A DNA stretch of 64,000 bases from Candidatus Zambryskiibacteriota bacterium (lineage in GTDB: Bacteria; Patescibacteriota; Minisyncoccia; Phycocordibacterales; DATDWN01): assembly GCA_026394775.1 (NCBI GenBank), contig JAPLZY010000008.1:53367-117366 (forward strand). Reading direction: 5' to 3'. The translations under genes and the position numbers were made by a program. The notes under the pieces are model-generated. The model saw only the letters and a program-made list of their open reading frames with translations. It was not told the DNA's origin and made no database searches. Positions 40,032 through 50,332 of the stretch are shown here, in pieces (the stretch's first letter is position 1; every line of letters starts with the position of its first letter).

Positions 40032-40692
40032 TAATAATCCAGATACCTTTAACTCCATCTCGGTAGCGAATTTTTTTACCATCATCAAATGATCTTGGTT
40101 TGTGTGAGATAGGTACTTCAATAATACTAAAGTTATTTTTTACAATTCTTGCTGAAAATAAAAGTTCTGATTCAAAACCTCCGTTAGTAAAATAAGAAGA
40201 AGCTTCCTTTGGAAAAAGTTTGTAGCATGTCCAGAGGTCAGTGAGGTTGGTTTTGTAGAGTGTGTTGAAAAGAGCCGTAATAAACCACACTCCGACTCGG
40301 GGAATAAGCATCATTTTCCTGTCTTTTATTATGAGATTTCTTGAACCGTACACCACAGTGTTTTTGTTACTACCGAGTGCAGCTGTGAGTGCAGGTATCT
40401 CATCTGGGTTGTATTCCAGATCGGCATCTTGGATAAGTATATAGTCGCCTGTAGCACGCGTCAGACCTGTTGTAACCGCACTGCCTTTACCTTGGTTTTT
40501 TTCATGGTGGACTATGATGCAAGAGTCTTTGAAAGAAGCGAGTAATTCTCGTGTTCCGTCAGTTGATGCATCGTCCACAATTACAATTTCAATCGTCCAG
40601 TCTGGAATACTGAGTGACGAGACTTTGTGTACTATTTCTCTAATTGTTTTCTTTTCATTCCAGACAGGTATAACAATAGAGAGTTTTTTCAT
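40009..40692 (-). CDS. GT2 glycosyltransferase (polyprenol-phosphate glycosyltransferase-like)
   Basis: IPVWNE, VDDASTDGT, GKG, QDADLEY. Confidence 0.9.
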   Translation of the reverse strand: MKKLSIVIPVWNEKKTIREIVHKVSSLSIPDWTIEIVIVDDASTDGTRELLASFKDSCIIVHHEKNQGKGSAVTTGLTRATGDYILIQDADLEYNPDEIPALTAALGSNKNTVVYGSRNLIIKDRKMMLIPRVGVWFITALFNTLYKTNLTDLWTCYKLFPKEASSYFTNGGFESELLFSARIVKNNFSIIEVPISHKPRSFDDGKKIRYRDGVKGIWIIIKEKFLS

Positions 40693-40798
40693 ATAGGGGG
40701 ATAGTAAAGAAATTTTATCAGAAAAAACTGCTTTTGGAAAAATCTTTGTACTTTTTCTTGATTTGCCTTTTTGGGTTTAATGCACTACTGTTTACTGT

Positions 40799-41512
40799 AT
40801 GTATAGAGGTAAAAAAGTAAGTGTTGTTATACCAACATATAATGAATCTCAGACTATCAGACAAGTGATCGATAGTTTTTTTGCGACAGGTTTTGTCGAT
40901 GAGGTGTTGGTGGTAGACAACAATGCAATCGGGAATACAAAAGAAGAGGTGGGTAAGACTCGGGCACGATTGATAGTGGAAACCAAGCAGGGTTATGGAA
41001 ATGCATTGATGTGCGGCCTTGCACAAGCGTCGGGAGATTTGGTTGTTATGGTGGAAGCGGATGGTACGTTTGAGCCTGCGGATTTACATAAGTTTCTACT
41101 TTACAGTGACGACTTTCCGGTAGTTTTTGGTACTCGCACATCACGTGCAGCTATTTGGTCTGGAGCTTTCATGCCGTTTCCGGTACGTTTTGCCAACTGG
41201 CTCTGGGCGAAGGTGATTGAAGTTTTGTATAATGGTCCTGTCCTCACCGATGTGGGCTGTACGTTTAAACTAATCAACCGAAACTCTCTTGAGAAAATAA
41301 AAAAATACTTTGCCTTGTCGAAAGGGGACGGCACCTTTTCTCCAGAGTTGATGATATGGCTTGTTCACCACGAAAAGAAAATCATCGAAATTCCTGTGAT
41401 TTACAAAGAACGAGTGGGTGAGTCAGGGTATACAGGTAGTGTATGGAAAGCAGGGAAGCTTGGATTTAAAATGTTGCCACTTATTATCAAATATAGATTT
41501 AAGAAAATATAA
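40799..41512 (+). CDS. GT2 glycosyltransferase (DPM1-like)
   Basis: IPTYNE, GYGNAL, EADGT, R.GES. Confidence 0.9.
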   Translation: MYRGKKVSVVIPTYNESQTIRQVIDSFFATGFVDEVLVVDNNAIGNTKEEVGKTRARLIVETKQGYGNALMCGLAQASGDLVVMVEADGTFEPADLHKFLLYSDDFPVVFGTRTSRAAIWSGAFMPFPVRFANWLWAKVIEVLYNGPVLTDVGCTFKLINRNSLEKIKKYFALSKGDGTFSPELMIWLVHHEKKIIEIPVIYKERVGESGYTGSVWKAGKLGFKMLPLIIKYRFKKI

Positions 41513-43011
41513 TGTACCTTGCTCGTATTAAAGATGTTATAAAAAATAATAAAACAGAAATTATTATTTTTTTTGTTGCAATTTTTTTCTCATTCTGCGC
41601 TTTTTATTTTAATACCGTTAAATTTCAGAACGATGATCAGTTTACTATTTACCGGTATATAGAAAACATAGCGGATGGAAAGGGTTTTGTATTTAATGAA
41701 GGTGAGCGTGTTCTCGGCTCAACCACACCGCTCTTTACACTGCTTGGTGCGATATTGAAATATATATTTCCAACTGTTTCAACTCAGTTGTTGATTGCAG
41801 TATTAAATTCACTGCTCATCTCTTTGTCGGCCGTGTGGTTTTTTAGGTTGAGCACCCTCATGATGTCACGGCAGTTTTCCTTGGCTTCAGTTTTTATTTT
41901 TATATTACATATGTCAAAAACTGTATCCGCAGGAATGGAAACCCCACTGTGCGTACTTTTCTTTTTGATTTTTCTTGCTTATGTTTTTTCGGGTCGTCAT
42001 ATGTATGCCGCACTTGCCCTCGGGGGTGCCATACTCACTCGTCCGGATGCTTTGTTGGTTGCAGCGCTTGCGTGTGTTTTTTGGCTTACAACTATTGGGT
42101 TTAAGAAAACAGTTGTGTACGGACTTGTTATGTCCGCCGTAATATTTCCGTGGACTATGTTTGCAACACTGTATTTCGGATCACCAATACCTCAATCTCT
42201 GGTAACCAAGTCGCATGTTTCTGATATTGTCTATCAACCAAGATTCCAGGCATTTAAAGGCCAACTTGCAGAAATGAGTCGAATGTATTGGGGTAAAGTT
42301 ATTGACCCAGAAAATATTCCAGTTCAGTCGGTAATAAATCTATTACCTTTTCTTGTGATGGTAGCTTTTGGTGTGCGGTATTATGGGAAGAAATATTGGC
42401 TATTGTTTGCTATTCCATTGGCGTATCTTATAAGTTATGGATATTCAAACCCGGTTATGTATCCGTGGTATATAAGTCAGCTTACTCCGTTTTGGCTCCT
42501 GTGCTCTCTTTTGGGTGTGTATAAAATTTATGAGTATGTTGTCGAGAGGGTGGGGTCACATCAGCGGTGGATATATGCAGGTGTAATTACGTTGCTTGTT
42601 TTTGGTCCTTTGTACGGCTACGCACAGCTCGCTGGCTCTCGTGGTGAAGGAAGTAAGATCACGTTATATAAAATGGCGCTCTATATTAAAGAGCATAAAC
42701 AAGTTGGTGATACGGTTGGCTTAAGTAATATTGGTATTGTAAGTCATACACTGAACGATACCTACATCTATGATTTTATTGGCCTGACACGTAAAGACAC
42801 TCTAAAATATTATCCGATCAAAGATGAGTGTCTCGTCAAAAATCAATATGTCATACCTCCACAAATGGTAAAAGATATGCAACCCGATTGGATTATTGCA
42901 GGTGAGGCTGAGTGGGTACCGTGCTTTGTGCAGAGTGAATGGTTTTTGTCTCGTTATAAACCGGTATACAATGCGGGTACGACTGCATATGTGTGGCAGA
43001 AAATAAAGTAG
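41512..43011 (+). CDS. Multi-TM GT-C fold glycosyltransferase
   Basis: DD.F..YRY.EN...G.G.VFN.GERV.G.T.PL, GME, TRPD. Confidence 0.75.
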   Translation: MYLARIKDVIKNNKTEIIIFFVAIFFSFCAFYFNTVKFQNDDQFTIYRYIENIADGKGFVFNEGERVLGSTTPLFTLLGAILKYIFPTVSTQLLIAVLNSLLISLSAVWFFRLSTLMMSRQFSLASVFIFILHMSKTVSAGMETPLCVLFFLIFLAYVFSGRHMYAALALGGAILTRPDALLVAALACVFWLTTIGFKKTVVYGLVMSAVIFPWTMFATLYFGSPIPQSLVTKSHVSDIVYQPRFQAFKGQLAEMSRMYWGKVIDPENIPVQSVINLLPFLVMVAFGVRYYGKKYWLLFAIPLAYLISYGYSNPVMYPWYISQLTPFWLLCSLLGVYKIYEYVVERVGSHQRWIYAGVITLLVFGPLYGYAQLAGSRGEGSKITLYKMALYIKEHKQVGDTVGLSNIGIVSHTLNDTYIYDFIGLTRKDTLKYYPIKDECLVKNQYVIPPQMVKDMQPDWIIAGEAEWVPCFVQSEWFLSRYKPVYNAGTTAYVWQKIK

Positions 43012-43016
43012 TACTT

Positions 43017-43376
43017 ATGGCTTATATATATCTTATATGTGCGTTTATATTGAATGCCTCAGGAAATATTTTTCTGAAGCTCGGTTCTCGGCAGGGCCTC
43101 AATTTTTCTTCGTTTGTTCCAACTGTATTTTTGTTTTCAAACTGGCAGTTTGTTCTCGGATGTGTGCTGTTTGTTTTAAACGTACCTCTTTATTTTCTTG
43201 CATTAAGAAACATAGAACTTTCTACTGCGTATCCGATCATGGTCGGAATGAGTTTTCTTATTGTAAACAGTACAGCATTCTTTTTGTTTAAAGAGTCGGT
43301 GAGTGTGTTGCAAATACTTGGGTATGTGTGTATGGTGGTGGGTATTATACTTGTGGTTGCATATGGACGTCCGTAG
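43017..43376 (+). CDS. SMR/EamA family small transporter (ArnE/F-like)
   Basis: 4 TM, LS.AYP motif. Confidence 0.8.
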   Translation: MAYIYLICAFILNASGNIFLKLGSRQGLNFSSFVPTVFLFSNWQFVLGCVLFVLNVPLYFLALRNIELSTAYPIMVGMSFLIVNSTAFFLFKESVSVLQILGYVCMVVGIILVVAYGRP

Positions 43377-44631
43377 AAATACTATTTATACAGCAGAACT
43401 CAGATACGCACCCGAGAGTACTTTGATACTCGATATTGACGGTACTCTTGTGCCGGATAAGTCAAATCACATACCACGAGATCTTTTTCTATATATTGAG
43501 CAACTAAAATCTTCCCATCGGGTATATGTTTGCTCCAATGGTGATGTAGGGCGCACAGAAAGTATTGCCAAAAAATTAGGAGTACCGGTACTTGAAGTAC
43601 ATAAGCCGTTTGGAAAAATACCTGACTTTTGGTCACCTGAAGGTGATGTGCTGGTGGTGGGTGACAAATACCTCACGGACGGTTTGTTTGCAGAAAGATT
43701 GAATGCACGTTTTATAAAAGTTGATCATGTGAAGTCCTATACCGACTCTCGAAACATTAATATTTCATATGCACTCGATGATGTGGTTTGGTTTGCAAAA
43801 CTTGCTGTAAAACTAGCAAGACCTTTTCAGTGGGTAAAAAATATTTTAGTCTATGCTCCGTTGTTTTTTGCAAGTGAATTTTTAACGATAAAACTTGTCG
43901 ATGTTACGCTTGCATGTATTATTTTTTCAGTATCTGCGAGTGCGGTATATATATTCAATGATATAAGTGATGCAAGTAAAGATGCGCTACATCCGGTGAA
44001 AAAATACAGACCGATCGCATCTGGTCAAATGTCACATACGCAAGCATATATATTGCTTTTTGTATTGCTGTGTATTGTTGGTGTCGGTCTTTATGTATTG
44101 CCGGTACTTTTCTTACCTATACTTTTATATATAAGTGCAAACATTTTATATTCGAAGTGGCTAAAACACGTTGCTGTTCTCGACATGCTACTGGTGGCTT
44201 CTTTTTATGTTGTGCGAGTTGTGGCGGGAGGAATGGTTGCTCAGGTGCCATTGTCTCCATGGATACTCCTCTGTGTCTTTTTTGGAGCCTTGTTTATTGT
44301 GGTAGGGAAAAGAAGAGCGGAGTATGGTAGAGAGGTCAGAAGAGAGGTGCTCGAAGAATATTCAGAAAAAGCTCTAGACTATATGTTTGCCGGGTCTGTG
44401 GCGATAGCCATTCTTACCTACGGTATTTACACTATTATAGGTCACATATCTTCGTATCTTGTGTACTCAACATTTTTTGTGGTGCTTGCACTGTTTCGTG
44501 TACTCAATCGCATCTATACACACCCAGAGCAAGCAGAATCACCCGAAGTGCTCGTCTTTAAAGATCTTTTTGTACTCGGGTCTTTTGTCGCATGGGGCAT
44601 ATATGTGTTTATAGTTTTTTATATTACATAA
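43363..44631 (+). CDS. HAD-phosphatase / UbiA-family polyprenyl-phosphate phosphoribosyltransferase fusion
   Basis: DIDGTL..SN..KP..VVGDKYLTD, then RP.QWVKN, Y.FNDI.D...D..HP.K..RPIASG, KRR.E. Confidence 0.88.
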   Translation: MDVRRNTIYTAELRYAPESTLILDIDGTLVPDKSNHIPRDLFLYIEQLKSSHRVYVCSNGDVGRTESIAKKLGVPVLEVHKPFGKIPDFWSPEGDVLVVGDKYLTDGLFAERLNARFIKVDHVKSYTDSRNINISYALDDVVWFAKLAVKLARPFQWVKNILVYAPLFFASEFLTIKLVDVTLACIIFSVSASAVYIFNDISDASKDALHPVKKYRPIASGQMSHTQAYILLFVLLCIVGVGLYVLPVLFLPILLYISANILYSKWLKHVAVLDMLLVASFYVVRVVAGGMVAQVPLSPWILLCVFFGALFIVVGKRRAEYGREVRREVLEEYSEKALDYMFAGSVAIAILTYGIYTIIGHISSYLVYSTFFVVLALFRVLNRIYTHPEQAESPEVLVFKDLFVLGSFVAWGIYVFIVFYIT

Positions 44632-44681
44632 TACTTTACAAATAGTTGTATAGGTATAGTATGGTTCGCAGAGTAAAAAAC

Positions 44682-45185
44682 ATGAATAAAATTAAGCTAT
44701 GAATCGCTACGTTAGTCGTAGGGCAATGGATGCCGTGGATGGGGACTGTAGGCAGCTTCCTCTCAATTCCTCTGTGTGTAGGTGTCGTTCGTCTTGGTGT
44801 CTATACGGGACACCCCTTAGGAGTACTCGTAATAGCTAGTGCTCTTACATTGTTACTGGGAGTTTGGAGTATCCCAGTGGCTGAAAAATTGCTTGGTCCG
44901 AGGACGGATCCATTTAAAAGGGTTCGTAGTCACGATCATAACCAGATCGCTATAGATGAAACACTGGGGATGTTGGTGGGTACAATCGCACTGATACTTA
45001 CAGCGCATACCAGTTGGATTCACTACGGTTTACTTTTTATTGTATTTCGTTTTTTTGACGTCATCAAAGTGTGGCCAGCATCGTATTTCGACAACACACA
45101 AAGTCCGTGGGCTGTAATGCTCGACGATGTGTGTGCAGGTATATACGCCGCAGCTGTGCTTTACAGCTTGTTCATTTTTATATAA
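44682..45185 (+). pseudogene. pgpA: Phosphatidylglycerophosphatase A-like gene with an in-frame TGA at 44700-44702
   Basis: MNKIKL*IATL...GTVGS, D...I.IDE..G, FRFFD..K.WP, MLDD..AG. Confidence 0.7.
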
Positions 45186-45204
45186 CAAAAGGCAAGGGGA
45201 GTTT

Positions 45205-45765
45205 ATGAGTAAATTTCAGTTGGTATGCGGGCTTTTAAACCCTAGGCTGAAGGCGATGTATTCGAAAGATTTTGATGGTGCTACTGCAGTTATTGCGGCA
45301 CCGTTTAATCGGTATTTACCAAACGAAACACCTGATGTGTCTAATGCTCAAATTGCAGACATTGCAGGAAAAATATGTAAGCAAGTGGGGTTAGCCTTCT
45401 TAGGTCAAGGTGAACAGGTAGACATACTTGATTCACGGGTTTGTTCGGTGAGGTATCGATCACAAGCCGGAGCGTGGGTGCAGACTCATGTGCTGGTCCG
45501 CTGGATTGCCGCTGAAGTTCTTAAATTAGGCAAAGGATCAACTGTGGTACTGGTGGGACATCCACACCATGTTCGGAGGATTTCGTTACTTGCTCGATAC
45601 TATCGTTTAAACCCTTTGGTGTCTGCTAGGTGTGAATCAGTCCCGTACGATGGGTCTGATCGCGAGGGTGCTCAATGGTGGTGTAAGTCTGTGTGGAGGT
45701 ATATTCCTTGGGAGTATGCTTCCCGGGCAGTGCTTATTGCGAAGCTCTTGATGGGACAAATATGA
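45205..45765 (+). CDS. Hypothetical protein (weak YdcF/DUF218-like HP.H..R motif)
   Basis: Open frame with GGGGAG SD-like site; terminator ACAGGTTGGC/GCCAACCTGT after. Confidence 0.55.
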   Translation: MSKFQLVCGLLNPRLKAMYSKDFDGATAVIAAPFNRYLPNETPDVSNAQIADIAGKICKQVGLAFLGQGEQVDILDSRVCSVRYRSQAGAWVQTHVLVRWIAAEVLKLGKGSTVVLVGHPHHVRRISLLARYYRLNPLVSARCESVPYDGSDREGAQWWCKSVWRYIPWEYASRAVLIAKLLMGQI

Positions 45766-45840
45766 CAAATATGAAGAGTGACAGGTTGGCAGTATGCCAA
45801 CCTGTTTTTTGTTTCTATAAAGTCGTGATATATTTTGACT

Positions 45841-46875
45841 ATGAAATATTTTATAACAGGAGGATCTGGTTTTTTGGGAATAAATTTGACTCGACATCTT
45901 TTGAGTCGAGGACATGAGGTAATAATATATGACTTGTTGCCTTTTGACTACCCTGAAAAAAATAAAGTTACGTCGATAATCGGTGATATTAGAAATTTTG
46001 ATTTTCTGAAAGAAAGCATGAAGGGTGCTGATATTGTAGTGCATACGGCAGCGGCATTGCCATTGTATAGTACAGAGGATATCCGAACAACAGATATCGA
46101 TGGTACGAGAAACGTGTGTCAGGCTTCATTCGATAACGGGGTAGCGCGTATGGTGCATATTTCTTCAACAGCGGTATACGGCATTCCAGACCACCATCCG
46201 CTTTTTGAGACAGATAAACTCGATGGTGTTGGTGAGTACGGCAAAGCTAAAATAGCAGCTGAAGAGATTTGTAAAAATTTTAGAAAAAAAGGTTTGGTAG
46301 TGCCAATACTTCGACCAAAGTCTTTCATAGGTCCTGAGCGACTAGGTGTATTTGCATTGTTCTATGATTGGGCTTCGACAGGTCACGGTTTTCCTATGAT
46401 TGGTAACGGCAAAAACAGATACCAGCTCATGGATGTTGAAGATTTTTGTGAAGGAATATACCTTGCTGCAACTGTGGATGCGTCTAAAGCAAATGATGTA
46501 TTTAATTTTGGAGCGAAAGAATTTATGACAATGAAAGAAGACTACCAGGCGGTGCTCGATGAAGCAGGGTTTGGTAAAAAAATATCAGGTTTTCCTGCAA
46601 CTCCAATGATCTGGACTCTGAGGCTTCTTGAGTTGTTGCACATTTCACCACTCTACAAATGGGTCTACGAGACTGCATCTAAAGATAGTTTTGTGTCTAT
46701 ACAAAAAGCAGAGGAGGTGCTTGGATATGCACCAACATATTCAAATAAAGACGCCTTGGTAAGAAATTATAAGTGGTATCTTGAACACAGAAAAGATTTT
46801 GAAGGAAAAAGTGGAGTGTCACATCGAGTACCATGGAAGCAGGGAATACTTGGTTTTGCAAAATTGTTTTTCTAA
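45841..46875 (+). CDS. NAD-dependent epimerase/dehydratase
   Basis: TGGSGFLG, SSTAVYG, YGKAK. Confidence 0.92.
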   Translation: MKYFITGGSGFLGINLTRHLLSRGHEVIIYDLLPFDYPEKNKVTSIIGDIRNFDFLKESMKGADIVVHTAAALPLYSTEDIRTTDIDGTRNVCQASFDNGVARMVHISSTAVYGIPDHHPLFETDKLDGVGEYGKAKIAAEEICKNFRKKGLVVPILRPKSFIGPERLGVFALFYDWASTGHGFPMIGNGKNRYQLMDVEDFCEGIYLAATVDASKANDVFNFGAKEFMTMKEDYQAVLDEAGFGKKISGFPATPMIWTLRLLELLHISPLYKWVYETASKDSFVSIQKAEEVLGYAPTYSNKDALVRNYKWYLEHRKDFEGKSGVSHRVPWKQGILGFAKLFF

Positions 46876-46944
46876 AAATTAAACATAAAAAATAAAAAAA
46901 GCAATACTTTGAGCGTATATGGAATGTGGTAGCATAAGAGCACT

Positions 46945-48633
46945 ATGACATCAATTAAACAGTGGTTTGTAGGCCATCAATACTGGATTATTCTCGCGGT
47001 GCTGTTTATCTCATTTTTAACACTTCGTCTCCCGGGTCTTGATATTCCGTACCATCAAGACGAATATAAATGGCCACTCTACGCCAACCCTGCAGTGTTT
47101 GCACCAGGGAGTGTGCCACATCCACCGCTTACGGAGTTGATCTATCGTGTAGGAGGTCATGCAATTGGATATGATAATTTCCGAATGATACCCCTGGGTT
47201 TTAGTGTGTTAAATTTTCTTCTTGTTGCATACGCGGGGTATCTAATGTTTGGGAAAAGAGGTTCGTTGTGGATTTCTGGATTATTCACATTTTCTTTTTA
47301 TGGGTTACTTGCGTCACTGACGGTGGATGTTGACGGTGCGGTGATGGTGTTCTTTTTTCTTTCTGCACTCGTTTGCTATTTGAATTTTAAATCAAAAGAG
47401 TATCGCGTCTCAAAAAGTACGATATTTTGGTTACTTGGTTTTATTATTTCAATAGCACTCGGTTTTCTTATAAAGCTTAGTTTTATTATTCCTATCGGAG
47501 TATTCGCAACAGATTTCTTTTTAGAAAAAGGATATTTTAAAAATAAGAAAAAGATACTGTTGTCTCTTGGGTATAGTGTCGTAGGGCTACTTAGTCTTGG
47601 TTTACTCGTGTATCTTTCTCAGTTTTTGTTTCCGTTTTTTAGACTCGGATGGTCAATAGGATATTGGGATACTTTTATTAAATTTTCACACCGCGGATGG
47701 TTTCAGACGGGGATACAGTTTGCAAAAGCGCTGATGTATCTTTCACCTTTTTTAGTACTTGTTCCATTGCTTTCCACGAAAGAGCTGTATAAGCAAAACA
47801 GAATATTCTGGTTGTTTATTGGGTACGGTCTCGTGTTTTACCTTTTTTTGTTTGATTTCTCTATTGGAGCGCTTGATCGATATTTTGCTTTTTTGGTTGT
47901 ACCGCTGTGTTTTATTGTAGGGTCTGTGTTTGCAAAAGAGTCTGAATCTTCAGATGGAAGGGTGGCTATTCAAAAAAGAGACACTGTGTTTATTTTGCTA
48001 CTCAGTTCTATCATCTTCGGTTCTCAGTTTTTGGCACACAGTGTGCCACCACAACACCCAAAGGCCGAATGGATTAATGCAATAACTTCAATGCATTGGA
48101 ACTTCCTCTTTCCGTTTACAGGAGGTTCGGGTCCTACTGGTTTCTATATGTCATTTTTTCTAATTGGTATCACCTGGGTCATTTCGTTTTTATTTGTCTT
48201 GTTTGTTCGCACTAAACCTCGATTTAAAAAGGTCATACTTTTTTTCTTGCTGGTGCTCGGTATTCTTTACAACGGAGTGTTTATAGAAGAGTACGTATAT
48301 GGACGTATTAACGGTAGTCCGTATGGTCTTTTTGCAAACGCAAAGAACTTTATTATTGAAAATAAAGATATTACGCAGGTTGTGGTTTATAATGATATCG
48401 GTGGATATGAAATACGAGAGACAGGGAAATACGCAAGACGTATGTATGCCACCCCGCAGTTTAGTGCAGAATATGAAAAATATTTCTCTACATTTAGCGG
48501 ACACGTGCTCTATATAGATATTCCGCGGATCGGAAAAGATACCATGTATATGAATTATTTTAATACATGTCAGGTGATATATTCTGATACAGACAAAAAC
48601 GTTCACGCCACAATTTACGATTGTAGAAAATAA
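46945..48633 (+). CDS. Multi-TM membrane protein, ArnT/PMT (GT-C)-like
   Basis: HQDE..., HPPL, many TM segments. Confidence 0.7.
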   Translation: MTSIKQWFVGHQYWIILAVLFISFLTLRLPGLDIPYHQDEYKWPLYANPAVFAPGSVPHPPLTELIYRVGGHAIGYDNFRMIPLGFSVLNFLLVAYAGYLMFGKRGSLWISGLFTFSFYGLLASLTVDVDGAVMVFFFLSALVCYLNFKSKEYRVSKSTIFWLLGFIISIALGFLIKLSFIIPIGVFATDFFLEKGYFKNKKKILLSLGYSVVGLLSLGLLVYLSQFLFPFFRLGWSIGYWDTFIKFSHRGWFQTGIQFAKALMYLSPFLVLVPLLSTKELYKQNRIFWLFIGYGLVFYLFLFDFSIGALDRYFAFLVVPLCFIVGSVFAKESESSDGRVAIQKRDTVFILLLSSIIFGSQFLAHSVPPQHPKAEWINAITSMHWNFLFPFTGGSGPTGFYMSFFLIGITWVISFLFVLFVRTKPRFKKVILFFLLVLGILYNGVFIEEYVYGRINGSPYGLFANAKNFIIENKDITQVVVYNDIGGYEIRETGKYARRMYATPQFSAEYEKYFSTFSGHVLYIDIPRIGKDTMYMNYFNTCQVIYSDTDKNVHATIYDCRK

Positions 48634-48653
48634 TTATTTTTAACGTATCCACC

Positions 48654-49247
48654 ATGAACTATACACAATTTGTAGACGAGAAAATGCATGCAATAAGTAA
48701 AGAAAAAATTATCCTCGATGTGGGTGGGGGAGATAAATTTCAAAAATGGCTCAGTAAGTACAAACCTCTCTTTGAGCATACTGAATATAAAACAATGGAT
48801 TATGATGCGACGACCAACCCTACAATCGTAGGAGATATTCATGCTATCCCGCTTTTGGATGAAAGTGTTGATGCTATTATTTGTAGTTCTGTTCTTGAGC
48901 ATGTAAACAACCCAGTGAAAGCGACCGAAGAGATGTATCGAATTTTAAAGAAAAGGGGAAAACTTTTTATCTATGTACCTTCTATATATCCATACCACGC
49001 ACGTAAAGGTCATTACCCCGATATGTGGAGGTTTTTTGATGATTCGTTGAAGTATCTCTGTCGAGACTTTTCACAAGTTGAGCTCTGTAAATTTGGTGGA
49101 TATTTTAAAGCCTTGGCATTTTTTGTTCCATTCCAGCACAAGCTTCAGTGGTTATTGAAGCCAACTACAAAAGCTCTTGATACTCTTTTTTCTACCACAA
49201 CAAAAAGAAATACAACTGCCGGGTATTTTGTATATGCAATAAAATAA
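48654..49247 (+). CDS. Class I SAM-dependent methyltransferase
   Basis: ILDVGGG, VLEHV, D.WRF. Confidence 0.88.
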   Translation: MNYTQFVDEKMHAISKEKIILDVGGGDKFQKWLSKYKPLFEHTEYKTMDYDATTNPTIVGDIHAIPLLDESVDAIICSSVLEHVNNPVKATEEMYRILKKRGKLFIYVPSIYPYHARKGHYPDMWRFFDDSLKYLCRDFSQVELCKFGGYFKALAFFVPFQHKLQWLLKPTTKALDTLFSTTTKRNTTAGYFVYAIK

Positions 49248-49252
49248 TACAT

Positions 49253-50332
49253 ATGGACCAATCTGTTGTTTTTTTCATCAACAATTTAGGGCAAGGTGGA
49301 GCAGAGAGAGTGTTCGTAAATGATGCAAACGCACTTGCAAGACAAGGGTACAATGTTTCTTTCATTATCTTGTATGGAGATATGGATAAAAGCCCGCTTG
49401 CAAAAGACCTTGAGATCGGCTCTTCGCATATCTATTTTATAAACGCAAAAAATATTTTTGATTATCGTGCATATGTGCGGATAGTAAAAATAGTAAAACA
49501 GATTCGGACACGTGTGTTGTACGCAACACTACACGACGCTACATTTGTGGCTCGTGTGGTTGCTTTGTTTTTACCTCGTGTTCGTTTGGTGACGCGAGAA
49601 GCAAATACAACTGAATTTAAATCAGTGTTACATAAAATTTCTGATGCACTCATGAATTGGAGGGTACATTCTCTTGTTGCCGTTTCAGAAGAAGTAAAAA
49701 AGTCGATGCTTTCATATCAGATGTGGTACGCAAATAAAATAGCCATACTTTATAATGGTGTTTCTACACCCACAGTAGACTCAAACTACACTCATGAAAA
49801 AAAGATAATCCTCGCAGTGGGAAGTCTTACCCCGAAGAAAAATTATATGATGCTTTTTGAAGCGTTTGCTCAAGTTCATGCATCATTCCCTGATACTGAG
49901 CTTCGTATCGTAGGCTCTGGTGTGTTGAAAGGAGCGCTTGAAGAGTGGGTACATAAAAACTCACTAGAGGGCGCTATAGTTTTCCTCGGAAGTATGAACC
50001 ATTCTGAAGTGGAAAAACAGTACCAAGAAGCAAGTATTTTTGCGCTTTCTTCTGACCAAGAGGGGTGTCCAAATGTGCTCCTCGAGGCAATGTCTTATGG
50101 CGTGCCTTCTGTGGCTACAGCAGTGGGTGCAGTGCCTGAAATCATAGAAAACGGCATTTCAGGCTTTACAGTGCCTCGCAGGGAGAGTGCCCAGTTTGCT
50201 TCGGCACTAAAAGAACTGCTCACCTTCGAGGAGACTCGAAAACTTTTAGGTACAAACGGTAGAGAACGAGTAAAAAATATTTTTTCAAATGAGGTGCATA
50301 TACAAAAGGTAAAGGATATACTTCATATATGA
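49253..50332 (+). CDS. GT4 glycosyltransferase
   Basis: GGAER; EGCPNVLLEAM. Confidence 0.92.
   Translation: MDQSVVFFINNLGQGGAERVFVNDANALARQGYNVSFIILYGDMDKSPLAKDLEIGSSHIYFINAKNIFDYRAYVRIVKIVKQIRTRVLYATLHDATFVARVVALFLPRVRLVTREANTTEFKSVLHKISDALMNWRVHSLVAVSEEVKKSMLSYQMWYANKIAILYNGVSTPTVDSNYTHEKKIILAVGSLTPKKNYMMLFEAFAQVHASFPDTELRIVGSGVLKGALEEWVHKNSLEGAIVFLGSMNHSEVEKQYQEASIFALSSDQEGCPNVLLEAMSYGVPSVATAVGAVPEIIENGISGFTVPRRESAQFASALKELLTFEETRKLLGTNGRERVKNIFSNEVHIQKVKDILHI

Noticed and set aside
44700-44702. TGA recoded as Gly (genetic code 25)
   Set aside because: TGA ends several genes normally (3751, 10663, 17838, 29732) and long genes have no internal TGA.
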